From assembly GCA_021432655.1 (NCBI GenBank), contig MU271259.1, positions 44,155 through 108,154 on the forward strand: 64,000 nt of DNA. The letters are read 5' to 3'. Below, one piece after another: positions 40,595-53,918 of this stretch. Under the pieces are notes generated by a model, which made no database searches, had not been told where the DNA came from, and was given only the letters and a program-made list of their open reading frames with translations. Numbering within the stretch: position 1 is the first letter of the stretch; every line of letters starts with the position of its first letter. The translations under genes and the position numbers were made by a program. The stretch comes from Atractiella rhizophila (lineage: Eukaryota).

Positions 40595-41190
40595 TTAACA
40601 ACCCAGCAAGGGAATAATGTCATGGTCGCACTTCAACGAGAAGAGAAACGATTTCAAACAACCCGGAAGAAAAACAACCCGAAACCAACCCCCCTCCCGA
40701 ACAAAAAACGTTGTTAGGATAAGAGTAATAAGTATCCTCGTCACTTTGGAGAGGAAATGGAACGTACGTAGTGTTCCAATTTTAGCTGCTTGCTCCTGAA
40801 AGACTCCCAGCCCTCTCCTTCCCAAATCCAAAGCCCTCTTCCCAACAGCAGCGGCATCCGTCGTTCCATTATCCGTGCAATGCTCACTGATAAATGAAGG
40901 GAGAACGTTGCAAGCGGCGAACAAGAGGATAAGGAAGATGAAGAGCGCCAAAACACCAAGGACGATACTGATGCGGAAGGCTCCCCATCGCTTTACTGCG
41001 TTGACAGCCTTCTCAGTTTTGGCTAATGATAAAGTCAATGGAGGCCGTTCATGAAGCCACATAAACGAATAACGGACTGGCTGGTTTCTTCTCTGCCGTC
41101 GCTGGGGCTGGTAGGCCTTTCTCATTCTCGGCAGCCCTGTGAACATACTGGTTCAGTCGCGAGTAATAAGAAAAAATAAAATACGCACAT
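40595..41190 (-). CDS. Small single-TM hypothetical protein
   Basis: Spliced MAAENEKGLPAPATAEKKPA|TKTEKAVNAVKRWGAFRISIVLGVLALFIFLILLFAACNVLPSF...GKRALDLGRRGL; 3' end uncertain (possibly 40548 after a long intron). Confidence 0.6.
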
Positions 41191-42136
41191 CTTGGTTGAG
41201 CTATTCTACTGTTTGTCCTTTCTCGACACGATAGGTTGGTTCGATCGACGAAAGTGAGTGCTCAGCACCAGAAGCTCGCAAAATAAAAGAGTACCGAGAA
41301 GAGACTGATAGAATGAAAGAAAACAGACAAGGGATCGCACGACGATCCTGACCCTCAAGGCTTGTTGAAACTGGAACGGAATGTCTATATGGGAGGGGAG
41401 GAGCCTCGGCTTGCTAGTTATGAAGAAATCTTTACGCAGCTTGCCGATGAAATTCCTGCCCTTCTGAATCCTTCAAAGCGTCACCGTTGCCACGTTTGGA
41501 AACTGTTGCCAGGAAAAGTCTCTGCCGAAGCACAAAAGGATAATCCCAAATTAGTGGAGTAGGTGGCTCAAACACAGGATTTCCAAACCAATCTTTTGTG
41601 TTGAAGATCAGGGGATCATGTTGGATGATGAAGTCCAACTCCCTTGTTTGCTAAGTCAGGATGAGAACTGTGGCTGAACCACAACCAACTGCATCCATGG
41701 ATGAAACCCGGGCGATAAAAAAAGCACAATAAAATCTTGTCAACAGCATCACAACGATTTGGCATTGCTGACTTTGTGGGCCAGTTTGTGGCCTTGACGC
41801 TCGCTGCGAGGCCTAATTCGGGCCTATGCCCTTTCTTCCACAGCAATGTGATCTGCGGCGCAAGGTGCAGAACACGGTTTACCTAGAGACACCCTCTCTT
41901 CGCTTCTCGCAGTGGAGCCGAATCCCACAGCTTAGCTACAATTAATGAAAGAATATACGAGAGTAGTCTAGTCACAGGGACATTGCAAACCAAAGAGAGA
42001 TGATGGACAAACTATAAGAATTAAACACGCAGTAAAGTCACGTGAAAATGGGCAAGAAGGCCGGAAGCTGGTGGCTTTTGTTTTTCTGGTTGCAAGTCTT
42101 GCGAAACTTGGACTTTATTGGTGGGTAAGGATCAAA

Positions 42137-43055
42137 ATGGGTGGTACGTTTCTCCATTTACTGATTTCTGAAGATTTAGAGATGTTTAGCCTACAAATAT
42201 ATTTCGGAACTGCAGAAGAAGAAGCAGTCCGATGTTCTTCGGTTTTTGCTCAGGGTTAGGTGTTGGGAATATAGGCAGTTAAATGTTATCCACCGTGCCA
42301 CGCGGCCGTCTAGGCCAGACAAGGCCAGGAGGCTAGGGTACAAAGTGAGCTGTCTCCTTTGATGATCAAGAAGGAGGTTTACGGGTATTGTTGATGGTGA
42401 AAGGCCAAGCAAGGTTACTTGATCTATCGTGTGAGGGTTAGGCGAGGCAACAGGAAGAGACAAGCCGCAAAGGGTCAGTCTTGACCCTGCGTTTCAGGTG
42501 TAGAGGTGCTCACAAGTTGAGTTACCAGGTGCCACCTACGGAAAGCCCACCAACCAGGGTGTTTCCCAACTCAAATTTCAACGATCCCTGCGATCCGTCG
42601 CAGAAGAGCGTGTTGCAAGACGATGCGGTGGTCTGCGCGTCCTCAACTCGTACTGGATTAATCAGGTCAGTTCCCCCTGCCCCTGCTCTCATGATGCAAA
42701 GTTCATTCTGTGTGACAGGATGGCGTATACAAATACTTCGAAGTCATCCTAGTCGACCCCCAGCACAAGGCCGTCAGACGTGATGCCAAGATCAACTGGA
42801 TTTGCGACCCGGTCCACAAGAGGAGGGAAACAAGGGGCCTTACTTCGGCGGGACGACAGGTGACCTACTTTGAACCTGTAAACTTCTCACTGACAGATGC
42901 ATAGAACCGTGGCATTGGCAAAGGTCACAGGCACAATCATCAACCCAAAAACGCTACCTGGAGAAGGCACAACACGTACGTCGTTTGCCAGTCGTCTCCT
43001 GGTCTCAGCTCACTATCTGATTGGGAACAGTCTCTCGCTGCGTCGTTACCGATAA
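42137..43055 (+). CDS. RPL15: 60S ribosomal protein eL15
   Basis: [32 protein letters not shown]...[15 protein letters not shown]...[25 protein letters not shown]...|LSLRRYR*; missed by the ORF track because of 6 introns. Confidence 0.97.
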
Positions 43056-43547
43056 ATCCTTCGATTCCAGCCCTGTTCCTCCTCTATGCGTTCTATGTCA
43101 TATTCTTCTCTATGGCCAAATGAAATGCATTTCACTGTGCACAACCATTTGCTTAGCGGAGAAGCTTGGATAATACTCCACTCTCCCTCTCCCTCTCCGT
43201 CTCAAGGAACCTCCCATAGCTCTTGCTCGCCCACTGGTGCTGGTTAGCTCAATATTGGAATCTTCCTTCTCGCCTATATGTCTTTGCGCCGGCTCGATCT
43301 ACAGTGAAGAAACAACACTATTGCATATGTAGTTGCGGACGAATAACATGCTGGATACCTAAAGTCTGTGATGAACATACGAGGCTGACATGTTGCCCGA
43401 TAATACAGAATGCTAGAACAGAAATATCGATGAAAGAGACCAAGCTGCAACCGAGTGTAGCTGAGAGAACCGATTGTGGGAAATGAACGTACAACGGCGT
43501 TGTTGGTGCCGAACAGAGAAAGTCGAAATGAAAACTGTAAGACGGAG

Positions 43548-44700
43548 TTAATGCTGCCTGGGAGGTTCCCTTGAAGTCTCTTGAGCCTGCTGCCATTGCT
43601 TTGCTAAAAACTCGAACCCGACAGTTTCGGTGTCAGTCCTTTGTATCCGAGGTTGTTCAGAACCGAGGAGAGCTTTGGGGAGAACGCTATCGACGCAGTA
43701 GTGGACGTGAGAATGAATTTGTACGTCTTGTGCCAATTGGGTCATGCCTGCCTTTTCATTGTCCTCTTCGGCGGTACCACCAAGGTTCATCCAGGCAAAT
43801 TTGGTTCTTGTGGATGACATTTTCCATTCTTCGTCCTCTTCTAACAAACACAGGTTGATGTCTCGTGCCCAGCTGCCATGATCCTTCGCTAGCCTGTGCG
43901 GCGCTTGGACATGACGAATAGGGGGCAACACATTTGGATCAGCGAAGCTCCAATAACTCGCCCGTTCATCTTCCAGAAGCTTTTCTTCAGGCTTCAGACT
44001 GTTATATGTGCGGTCGGCCACTTTTTCGTAAAAGTTGGCTACCTCGTCAGTCTCAGAATCTAGATATTCTTCTGGGTCGTCTTCTGGTTTATTTCGGGCT
44101 GTTGTCTTCGTCTTGCGTGGTGACCTAAGCACGCCAGAGGAGGAAGGTGCCGGTGCAATTGCAATTGACTTATTGGAAGGAGATTCCGTGGTACAATGTG
44201 GAACCACGAGTGGAGGAGTCGTGCAGACGTATCCTAAGCAGGTATTGAAGCTTGGAGGTGCGGGAATACCCTCCACCCTGCGCGGTACTCGTTTCCAGAT
44301 TGGATGAACAGGGTCTGGTGGTGTATCTTCACGAGGCATTGCCGGCGGTGTAAGAGGAGAGTTTGGCGGTATTTTACTCTGTTGTAGGTTGGACACAGAG
44401 GCCCGGTTCCGATGGTTTAGTCGAGGCGCATCCTGCTATGAAATAAAAATGCGTGTCTTATCATGGCGGACAGACATTACCTCGTTACCCTTGATGTTGA
44501 ACGCGTAGAAGATCGAGTCCTTGGAGCAATCAGATGACAGAGTGGATGGCGAGAAGCAAAGGTACATACTGTGCTCTCGCCATCACCTTGATGCGCGCCG
44601 GTCATCACCTGAGGGCTCTTTCGTTGTCTACGGACTTTCTTGATTGTTGGCTATCTTCTGGCGTTAAAGAGCAACAGTTCCACATCACAGAACACACCTC
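43548..44700 (-). CDS. Hypothetical protein or decaying gene; 5' end unresolved
   Basis: 282-codon open exon (43548-44396) with intron-like signals upstream; upstream frames contain stops and run into a CpG-depleted tract. Confidence 0.4.
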
Positions 44701-45361
44701 ATCATCACTTGACAAGGTCAAGTCCACAATTCCACCCCTTGATCTCTTTTGTGCCTTTCATCCACAGTTCATGTCTCTTTCCCTACAAATGAGCTATGAA
44801 TGGGAGAACACACCTTTGGAGTTTCCATCTCTTCAAAATGCCTCACAAGGAGTTCTTGGGAGTCTTCTTTCTCAAGACCAATACCACTATGCAACAAGTC
44901 AGGTGACAAAAATGATGGTGTGAACGGCCCCATATTAGACATTCCTGTTCTTGAAAGTAAGAGCACAGATTATGACATCATGGTCCTGCTTTGTGTTCAG
45001 AAAGAAGTTAGAGGTTGGGCCTTTATATATATCAGATGTAAAGGCTGTGAAAGATCCAGTTCTGAGCTAAACTTTATTTCAAAGAAGAAGAGTTGTAGGC
45101 GTCAGTGTGGCGAGGAAACAAAATGACGAACAGAGCCTGAGCACCATCTTGAAATGTGAATTGTGATGGCCATGAAGGTGCATAAGCACAGGGAACAAAG
45201 ATATTAGTCCCCTAGGAACTCAATTCCTTCGTTGGATGTTGTTTCTGAACCATGGAGCAGCTGGAACAATAAAAAAAACAGTGGCTTGTTAAGAAGTTGG
45301 AAAGAAAAGAAAATTTGCAACCTTCCCGCTCCGGTGCAAGAGGTGTGAAAAATGTAATATT

Positions 45362-45374
45362 AACACGTGACTTT
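45362..45374. promoter_or_regulatory. E-box CACGTGAC (Cbf1/USF-type bHLH site) ~55 bp upstream of ARP1
   Basis: aacacgtgacttt; the same 11-mer recurs at 42034-42044 (reverse) and 63873-63883. Confidence 0.5.
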
Positions 45375-45425
45375 GCACATAGTCTTCAGTTGAGCCGTTG
45401 GTCTTCTCCATACTAGAAAGATATA

Positions 45426-47225
<1,800 letters not shown>

Positions 47226-47710
47226 TATGCTATTTACTTGTCAATACTTCAGTTGCAGGAAGGTGCTTTGGGGTTTCTTGATTGTATTAGCATCCAGTTC
47301 GATGTGCCAGTCGCAAAGTCATATTCTTCAAATTCTTCGAGAGCCGTGAAAACAGCTCAGAAGCAGTCTTCCACGTACTCTTTTGATTTCGAACATTTCC
47401 CTGTTGACGGGCTAGACTTTGCCCTCGAAGTCGCTTTCCATCCTCTCAACACGTCTGTTATCACATGGATTGTAGCAAGGTAATTTAAAGACGAGATTCT
47501 TGATGGCAAGCGAAGAAAGCGGTCAAGACATTTGAAAGAGAAAGAGAGAACGTTGAGAGAACAAGCTCAAACGACTACGAGTACACGATAGACACAATGC
47601 GACAAGGGAACATCTAACAAACGATCGATGATGGCAATAACGACAGCCAGACACAGGGAAGAAACTGCAGGTTTATACTACTCATAGAGAACCGAAGTGA
47701 GGGATAACCA

Positions 47711-48773
47711 TCAACAGATTTTGTGAGTCGGCACGCATTTGCAGACGAGGGAATGAGCCCTGGACCACGGCAAACATATCAGTCATTGGCCGAATGATAG
47801 GGACAGACTTACTGTGCACCGGCAGACGCGAGAAGTGAGATGTCCAAGAGGCCATCGAGAACATTGGTTCCAATGTTCAAAACGTCCTCGACAACACATT
47901 TGATATCGTATCTGTCCCGCGAACCACGCCATCAGCAAACCCATTCCAGCTCGTGGCAGAAATTAGATTACACAAGAGGACCCAAAGTGTTTCCTAAAAT
48001 CGGTGCGGAATAAACCATAAGGTCAATATCCGCTAAGGTGTCTACGATGTTCTGATCGATGCCTTTGAGCATTCTGCCTAGCTCCGAATACTGATCCGGT
48101 TCGGTCGATTCAGCGATAGGAAGAAGGGATTGATGGAGGCTCTTCATTTCAGCAGAGAGAACCGGAAAGTCGGCAGACTGCTTGCGATACCAGGTGACTT
48201 GAGCATGGACTTTCTTCTGGAACGAACGCTTGGAAGCGATGGACGGATTCTGTTTGACGAGGAGGAGCGATCCCTCTATCCTCACCAGCCGCCATCAATC
48301 ACACACCTTCGAGAAGGAGAGAAAGGGAGGGAAGACGAACTAATATCAGACTCGCAATTCCTCATGTTCGTTGACAAAATGTTAACTTTCGCGAGAAGAT
48401 CATCGATGTTCCCGACGCCACCGCCACCAAGGCTACCAACGACATTATCGACGCCGCCGCCACCACCAAGGCTACCAACGATATTATCGACACCGCCACC
48501 ACCACCGACAAGAGAACCGGCTCCTCCAACGCCACTGACGAGACCGTCCACGCCACCGAGACCTCCGACGGAGGAGAGGAGATCGCGAGAGTGAAAGGCA
48601 GAATTGGTCTTGACGTACTTCTTCCTGATGATCCTCTTCATCGTTTCCTTCTTCCTGTAACCCGCTGACATCCCGTGCGGTCGCTTGTGGATCGAAGTCG
48701 TGTTGAAGTTGGCCAGCACAAGGGACAAGATGGCGAAGGTGAGGAAAATCTTGAAGAACGACGCGGAAAGCAT
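47711..48773 (-). CDS. Secreted protein with Gly-rich repeats and Cys-containing C-terminus
   Basis: Signal peptide MLSASFFKIFLTFAILSLVLA; KR sites; GSLGGGGGVDN(I/V)V repeats; spliced C-terminus ...PILGNTLGPLV|YDIKCVVEDVLNIGTNVLDGLL...|AHSLVCKCVPTHKIC*. Confidence 0.75.
48417..48507. repeat. 39-bp coding tandem repeat (~2.3 copies)
   Basis: ccaccaaggctaccaacga(c/t)attatcgac(g/a)ccgcc repeated. Confidence 0.8.
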
Positions 48774-49549
48774 TTTGAACCGAAAGAGCGAGACAATACG
48801 TTTTCGAAATTCGAGCTGATACTTGAGGCAGAGCTATATGCAAAATTTCGATCGGATTGGCGAGTAAGAATGTGTGGATAACAAAGCACGAAAGCTAAAG
48901 ATGGTGATTGACAAAGGAAAGTCGAATACTGAGTCGGGTATGGACTGCTACTAATAAACGAAGAACGGCCTGAAGGCTTGAACTCGCAAAAAGGCGAAGA
49001 GGCAAAAAAACTGACGGGGAGTGTCAAAGTGAAGAACTTTGAAGGAGCGAGCTTCGAACAGGGCTGACGGTTATAAAGCCATGAAAAAAGGGGTCAGGAA
49101 ACAAAGTTCAAGACATGTTTACCCTCCGGCGCGTCATGTTCCCGCTCAGTGTGGGAAGTTCTGGGAATTTCATCACCCTTAGCTTTGACTAATCTTGACA
49201 TGCTTGACGGGAAGAAAGGTGACTGAGAAATCGCGTATCCCCTTCAAATCTCTGCAACACCCATTCCAGCATTGTTCACCAGACATTATTAATATTGCAC
49301 AAAATAGCATCAGGCTTTCATGCCATCATGGATACAAGTTTGGAGCCTATATCAGACTCAGGCCGCCCAGGGCTACCTCTAAGCGCTGTGGGCAAACTCT
49401 CAACAAAGTGTGAGACCGTGGCGAGGTAACGCTTGGTGCGGTACGGTACAATCGGACAAGCCCCTTAGCAGCGTCACGAAAACAACGAAACGATAACTTT
49501 ACGAGTTTCAAGGCCCTTTCGCTCAAAAGGTAGTCGGGAAGTCTTTACA

Positions 49550-50118
49550 GATCCAGGACGAATATGAGAATCTTTATGGCCAGCTTACCAGCGTGGCTGC
49601 TGCTTGTGAGTTTCTAAGCTTTGTGAAAGGATAGGACAAGTGTTGATTCAACTTGGAAGCTCGCGCTCAAAATCGCTTTTGCCCAAGGAGCCATCACGCT
49701 CCCCGACCCAACCACTACTTCATCCTCCTCTCAGACTCAGTCGCAGTCCACTTCCACTTCCGTCTCTGGAACTCAGCCTACCGGTACAACCTCAGGTAAT
49801 ACAAGCCTGTCAAGGACCTCTCTGCCCGGTTCGATAACAACCGTCATCAATGGATCTACTACTCTCCTCGCTCCTTCCATTCCCCCAACGAACACTAGCT
49901 CCACCACCTCCCTACCTCCAAAGTCAACTGCTCAAGTTCCAGATGTCAATGGTGGCGGTCAACAGAGCGCAGGAAACGTGCCATTCCCTGGTCAGACTGG
50001 TAGCACTATTAGCGGCCCGGATGATGGCTTCATAAGCTGGGCGGAGAGGAGCAGGCAGGTCGGATTTGCTGGAGCGGTGGGTGGACTCATTCTGTTGGCG
50101 GGTTGGACACTAGTTTGA
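49550..50118 (+). CDS. Ser/Thr-rich putative GPI-anchored surface protein (3' exons; 5' end unresolved)
   Basis: ~150-codon open frame ARAQNRFCP...TTTSSSSQTQSQSTSTS...GPDDGFISWAERSRQVGFAGAVGGLILLAGWTLV*, with a hydrophobic C-terminus. Confidence 0.65.
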
Positions 50119-50327
50119 GATTGAGTGAGAGTGTGCATTTCGTGTCTGTTTCTTTGTGCATTCTTCTTTGCGAGAGCCGTCACTTGAATGGACTGAATAT
50201 TCAAATTTAATTCCTCATTCGATTCATCTGTTCAATATCGAGTCCTGTCACTTCTTGGATGGACTGCAATTCCAAACTTTCCTGCCCTTATTAATCATAC
50301 AAGTAAACTTTCCCATCCATGAGGTCA

Positions 50328-51011
50328 TTACTTCTTCTGATCTGAATGGCCCAAACTCCTCTCAGGATCTACAACATTCCGTATCCGTTGTTTCTGCCGC
50401 ATCAGTTAGTTGTGCCATCCTGAAGTCGGCAGAGGAGGGTGGCATACCAATTCCTTCATCTCAGGAAACCTGCCCTCCCCTTTCCTATCCCAAATGAGCA
50501 TTGACTGCATCTCGCCTTGATTGCTTCCCTCTTCTCCTCCGGTGAAATGGGTGATCCACACTCTCCAGCAACCGCTCTCCTCCGGTTTAGGAAGGAGGGA
50601 GAAGGAAGAAATTTCGGGAAACGTGATCGACAGCTCAGTAACCGTCCAGGAAGAACGATGAAACCATCGACAACCCGTGCAGTATTCGATCACTATTCCT
50701 ATTTTTGATCCAACCGTATCAGCGAAAAGTTTAAGAATAGCAAGCGCAGACGACACACCAGGGTTTGTCTTTGACCCAAAAATGCGAGAGATGGAGGGGA
50801 AGACAGGTTCGGCACTTGAACTTGAGGCAGGTGTGTCACCAGTGGATTGAGCGCTCCCAATGCTTTCCTCTTTGCTTTCTGCCATTTTCCCGTTAGCCTT
50901 GGAACTGGGATAGTCGTCTGATTGGCTATTTTCTTCGCCCAATCCTGAAAGTTGAAGTTTCTGAGTCATGCTGTCTTTCCACTTTCCAAACGATGATGAA
51001 AGCCGAGGCAT
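50328..51011 (-). CDS. Rdx-family (SelT/SelW/SelH-like) thioredoxin-fold protein, Cys form
   Basis: IVIEYCTGCRWFHRSSW..TELSITF, LIWDRKGEGRFPEMKEL|KQRIRNVVDPERSLGHSD. Confidence 0.88.
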
Positions 51012-51223
51012 TTTGCCTGTTCTGAAGTCAGTCTGCTCGTCAACCTAGGCAAGTATGACCGACTTCAGCTGCTTACCGCGATGTTCCCTTCCTTAAAAAG
51101 GAGTACGTTAGATTGCGTGGCGAAAGGTGGATGTTCTCCAGCACGGAGAAATGAAACTGCAGCTTTTATTACTCATGCAGGACGCCTTCCAACAAGACCA
51201 ATCACGCCAATCACGCATTAGGA

Positions 51224-51259
51224 AGTACCTCGATAGTCCGAGTACCTCGATAGTCCGAG
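51224..51259. repeat. 17-bp direct tandem repeat x2, next to a 9-bp CCAATCACG x2 repeat (51198-51215)
   Basis: agtacctcgatagtccg-agtacctcgatagtccg-ag. Confidence 0.85.
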
Positions 51260-52022
51260 GCCATTTCCGGTACTTCGAGAGTTGCCCGAGTAAGGACAGC
51301 ACTATATCCGGTGCCTCTGCCCTCAGTTGTGAGCTTTCAAACAAAGAATGGCACCTGCTGTTGTACTTTGAGCCTTGTTGTTGTACTCTGAGTGCCGACA
51401 TACCACTTCCATCACTTCTTCTTTTCCCGAAGCCTAGCAATGAGCAGCTGCTCGTCATGATTGATACCTGGCTTGACGCTTCATCACTCTGTGTTTAAAA
51501 AGATGACTCAACAATCAAGTTATTTCCTCGTTTCCGTCGAAGATACAGCTTGCAACAAAATGTGGAATTGCACAATCCACGGTCCAATAACTAATACATG
51601 ATTAAATTGATGCTCGATTGATATTGGGCTACAAGATCTGCACGCAGAATTGAACGCAAGGAAGCTGTGGGATGTGTGCGAATACATAATGTCACGTCAT
51701 GGAAGAAAGATTGAACGAAAGTGCTTAGATGGTTGAAGGAAAGAGACTGAAATCGTTCATATTGTTCACTCCCAAAATCTGAAAGGACGCCATGTAGGAC
51801 ACTTAGAATCGTTGCTCATTAGAGAAAGAAAACGAAACGGGTGTTACACCCTTCACAAACCTCGCTACCGCAGTGGCACAATATAGAATAACGGGCACAA
51901 AGTCTTGCATTTGACGACCTGCCAGAAAAAGTCATAACATTCACTGACACTCAAGGGAGTGACGAAAACAAAAAGACTTACCTGTGCAGCTCAGCAGAGT
52001 ATGCATTGCCACAAGTAAAGCA

Positions 52023-53030
52023 TTAGGCGACAGTGACTGATTGGATGGAAGAATCCAAACTCTCATTCGCAATCGTGTCTTCCCCTTCAGTCACATGAGG
52101 TTCTTGTTCCGGCGTCATGGGATGGAACCGCACCTTGCTTTCCTGTCGTCGCTGACAACACAGCTGCTTTCAACCCTTCTCCATTTCCTAGATGTACTTT
52201 GACATCGGAAATGTCGATCAAAAAAGCTTGAAGCTCGTCCCATGAAACTATCCAAACATCTCCAATCGAAATGCCAGCTGGCGTTGCTTTGAGATCGTTT
52301 GATGCCACGGACGGCATAGTCGTGCTTGCTGTGGACATGTTCGAGCGCGATTTACTGCGACTCTTTCTTCTGCTTCCTAAGATAAATTGGCTATTGCTGA
52401 CGGTGATCCTCGATCGGGGCGGGGCCTTCGCAAGACGAATGGACGAGATGCTTGTTCTTCTCAAGTGTCGTATGAGGCTTTTTAAGGCTGGCAAGAAAGC
52501 TTTATCAATTGTTAGTAACAAGCCAGGCGGAGCATGAAATCAGAAAAGGTGCTTACGCCTTATCGATAACGGATCTGTCCCAATCTGTCCTTGTTCTCTG
52601 CGTCGATTTGCTTGCACCAGCTACGACTTTAAGAAGGGCGGGGTCCCGTCTGAACCGTGTCTCTCGAAGTAACCAGCTGGTGATTTTGTGTGTGGCTGCT
52701 CTTCTCGCGGACATATGGACGCGTTCAGCGCGTTCATCTCGTCAGTGTCGTTATCTTCCGTGACTCTCGTCCATTTCAGCAAACGACGCGCAGGGATGCC
52801 GCCGACAGGCTGGTTTCTCCGGGATGATCAGCAGCCACACAAAAGTGCCAAAGTTCGAAGAGCAGAGTCAGACAGTTCATCAGATGGAAGTAGGTTGGAC
52901 AGCCGGAGCGAGTGAAGCCATTTCCCTTCCTTATTTCCAGGACAAACGTAGCGCACGCAACCCCTAAAGCTTCGGTAACTACCTCGGGGATGGTATAAAA
53001 AGGAACTCTCACCGAAGATATCTTCCCAAT
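52023..53030 (-). CDS. Hypothetical spliced protein; 5' end unresolved (may extend toward 53800)
   Basis: Intron with GTAAGC donor and a perfect TACTAAC branch point (~52500-52556) joins DPLSIR|PFLPALKSLIRHLRR in frame with ORF 52087-52521. Confidence 0.5.
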
Positions 53031-53918
53031 CTTTGGTCAGTCACGTCAAGGTACCACAGTACAGATTGTTCTTCATGGAGGGATTGCAAGTATGTCTGTC
53101 TCTCTCACAATTGACTAGTCAAGCTGAGATGTATCCAGACTTTGAACATCACCAAATTCACTTCTGAAGGCTGTTGGTTGGGTTCAAGCAGTGATCCCCA
53201 CCTCGTTATACTTCGCTGGAACGCTTTGCAGGAATTTCTACTTCATAGCGACCTCAGTCTTCTCGACGACGACGATATCATTAAAAGAACCGCTTCAATC
53301 TTGAAGCAAAACCAAAAGCTGGATGGGACGGGTACGCTTTCATCAAAAATATTGATACTTTGCTTATTACCACTTAGCCAATCCTCTCAGCACCCCAAAG
53401 ACCTCCTCCTGCAGAGATGCCCATCTTTAACCAGTTATTTATGAGAACGGTGTAACATACATTATCAAGCGTCAGTTCTGTTACGACTCGTCATGCCATC
53501 GCAATGGTTTTATTGTAGTCTCGGCCGTCATTCTTGTGGAAGATGTTGCTGTTGCCTCTTATTCTTTTTTCTCATCCTAACACTTAAGAAAGGGGGAATC
53601 CTTTGTTCTTTTCGCATGACGCCGTCGATGCATATGTGGACTACTAACTTGCCTCCAAGCCTAGTTTCGGTTGCCTCTGCTCTCGTGTCTCCCTGTACCG
53701 GTTTTGGTTCTGTGCTCTCGTCTCAGCTGTTCACTCCATTGCAGGTGAAAGTGCAATGCCAATGAAACCGTCCCCTCGCGAAAGCACATGGACCCCAGAG
53801 TCAACTTGTGGCCCTTCGCCAAGTGTCACGATGCAATCATACAAGGTATAATGGGTCAGATTTCAATATCCTGGCTAGTGTAGATGACTGATGATTTACA
53901 AATGTCTTGAAAGATCGC

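Noticed and set aside
43234..43305. tRNA-like boxes (GGTTAGCTCAA ... GGCTCGATC)
   Set aside because: No acceptor stem or anticodon arm can be formed.
50670..50700. Possible selenoprotein (Rdx family)
   Set aside because: Redox motif is CTGC with Cys codons; no in-frame TGA.
51975..51990. ACTTACCTG resembling the U1 snRNA 5' end
   Set aside because: Better explained as a minus-strand splice donor; no U1 stem-loops or Sm site follow.
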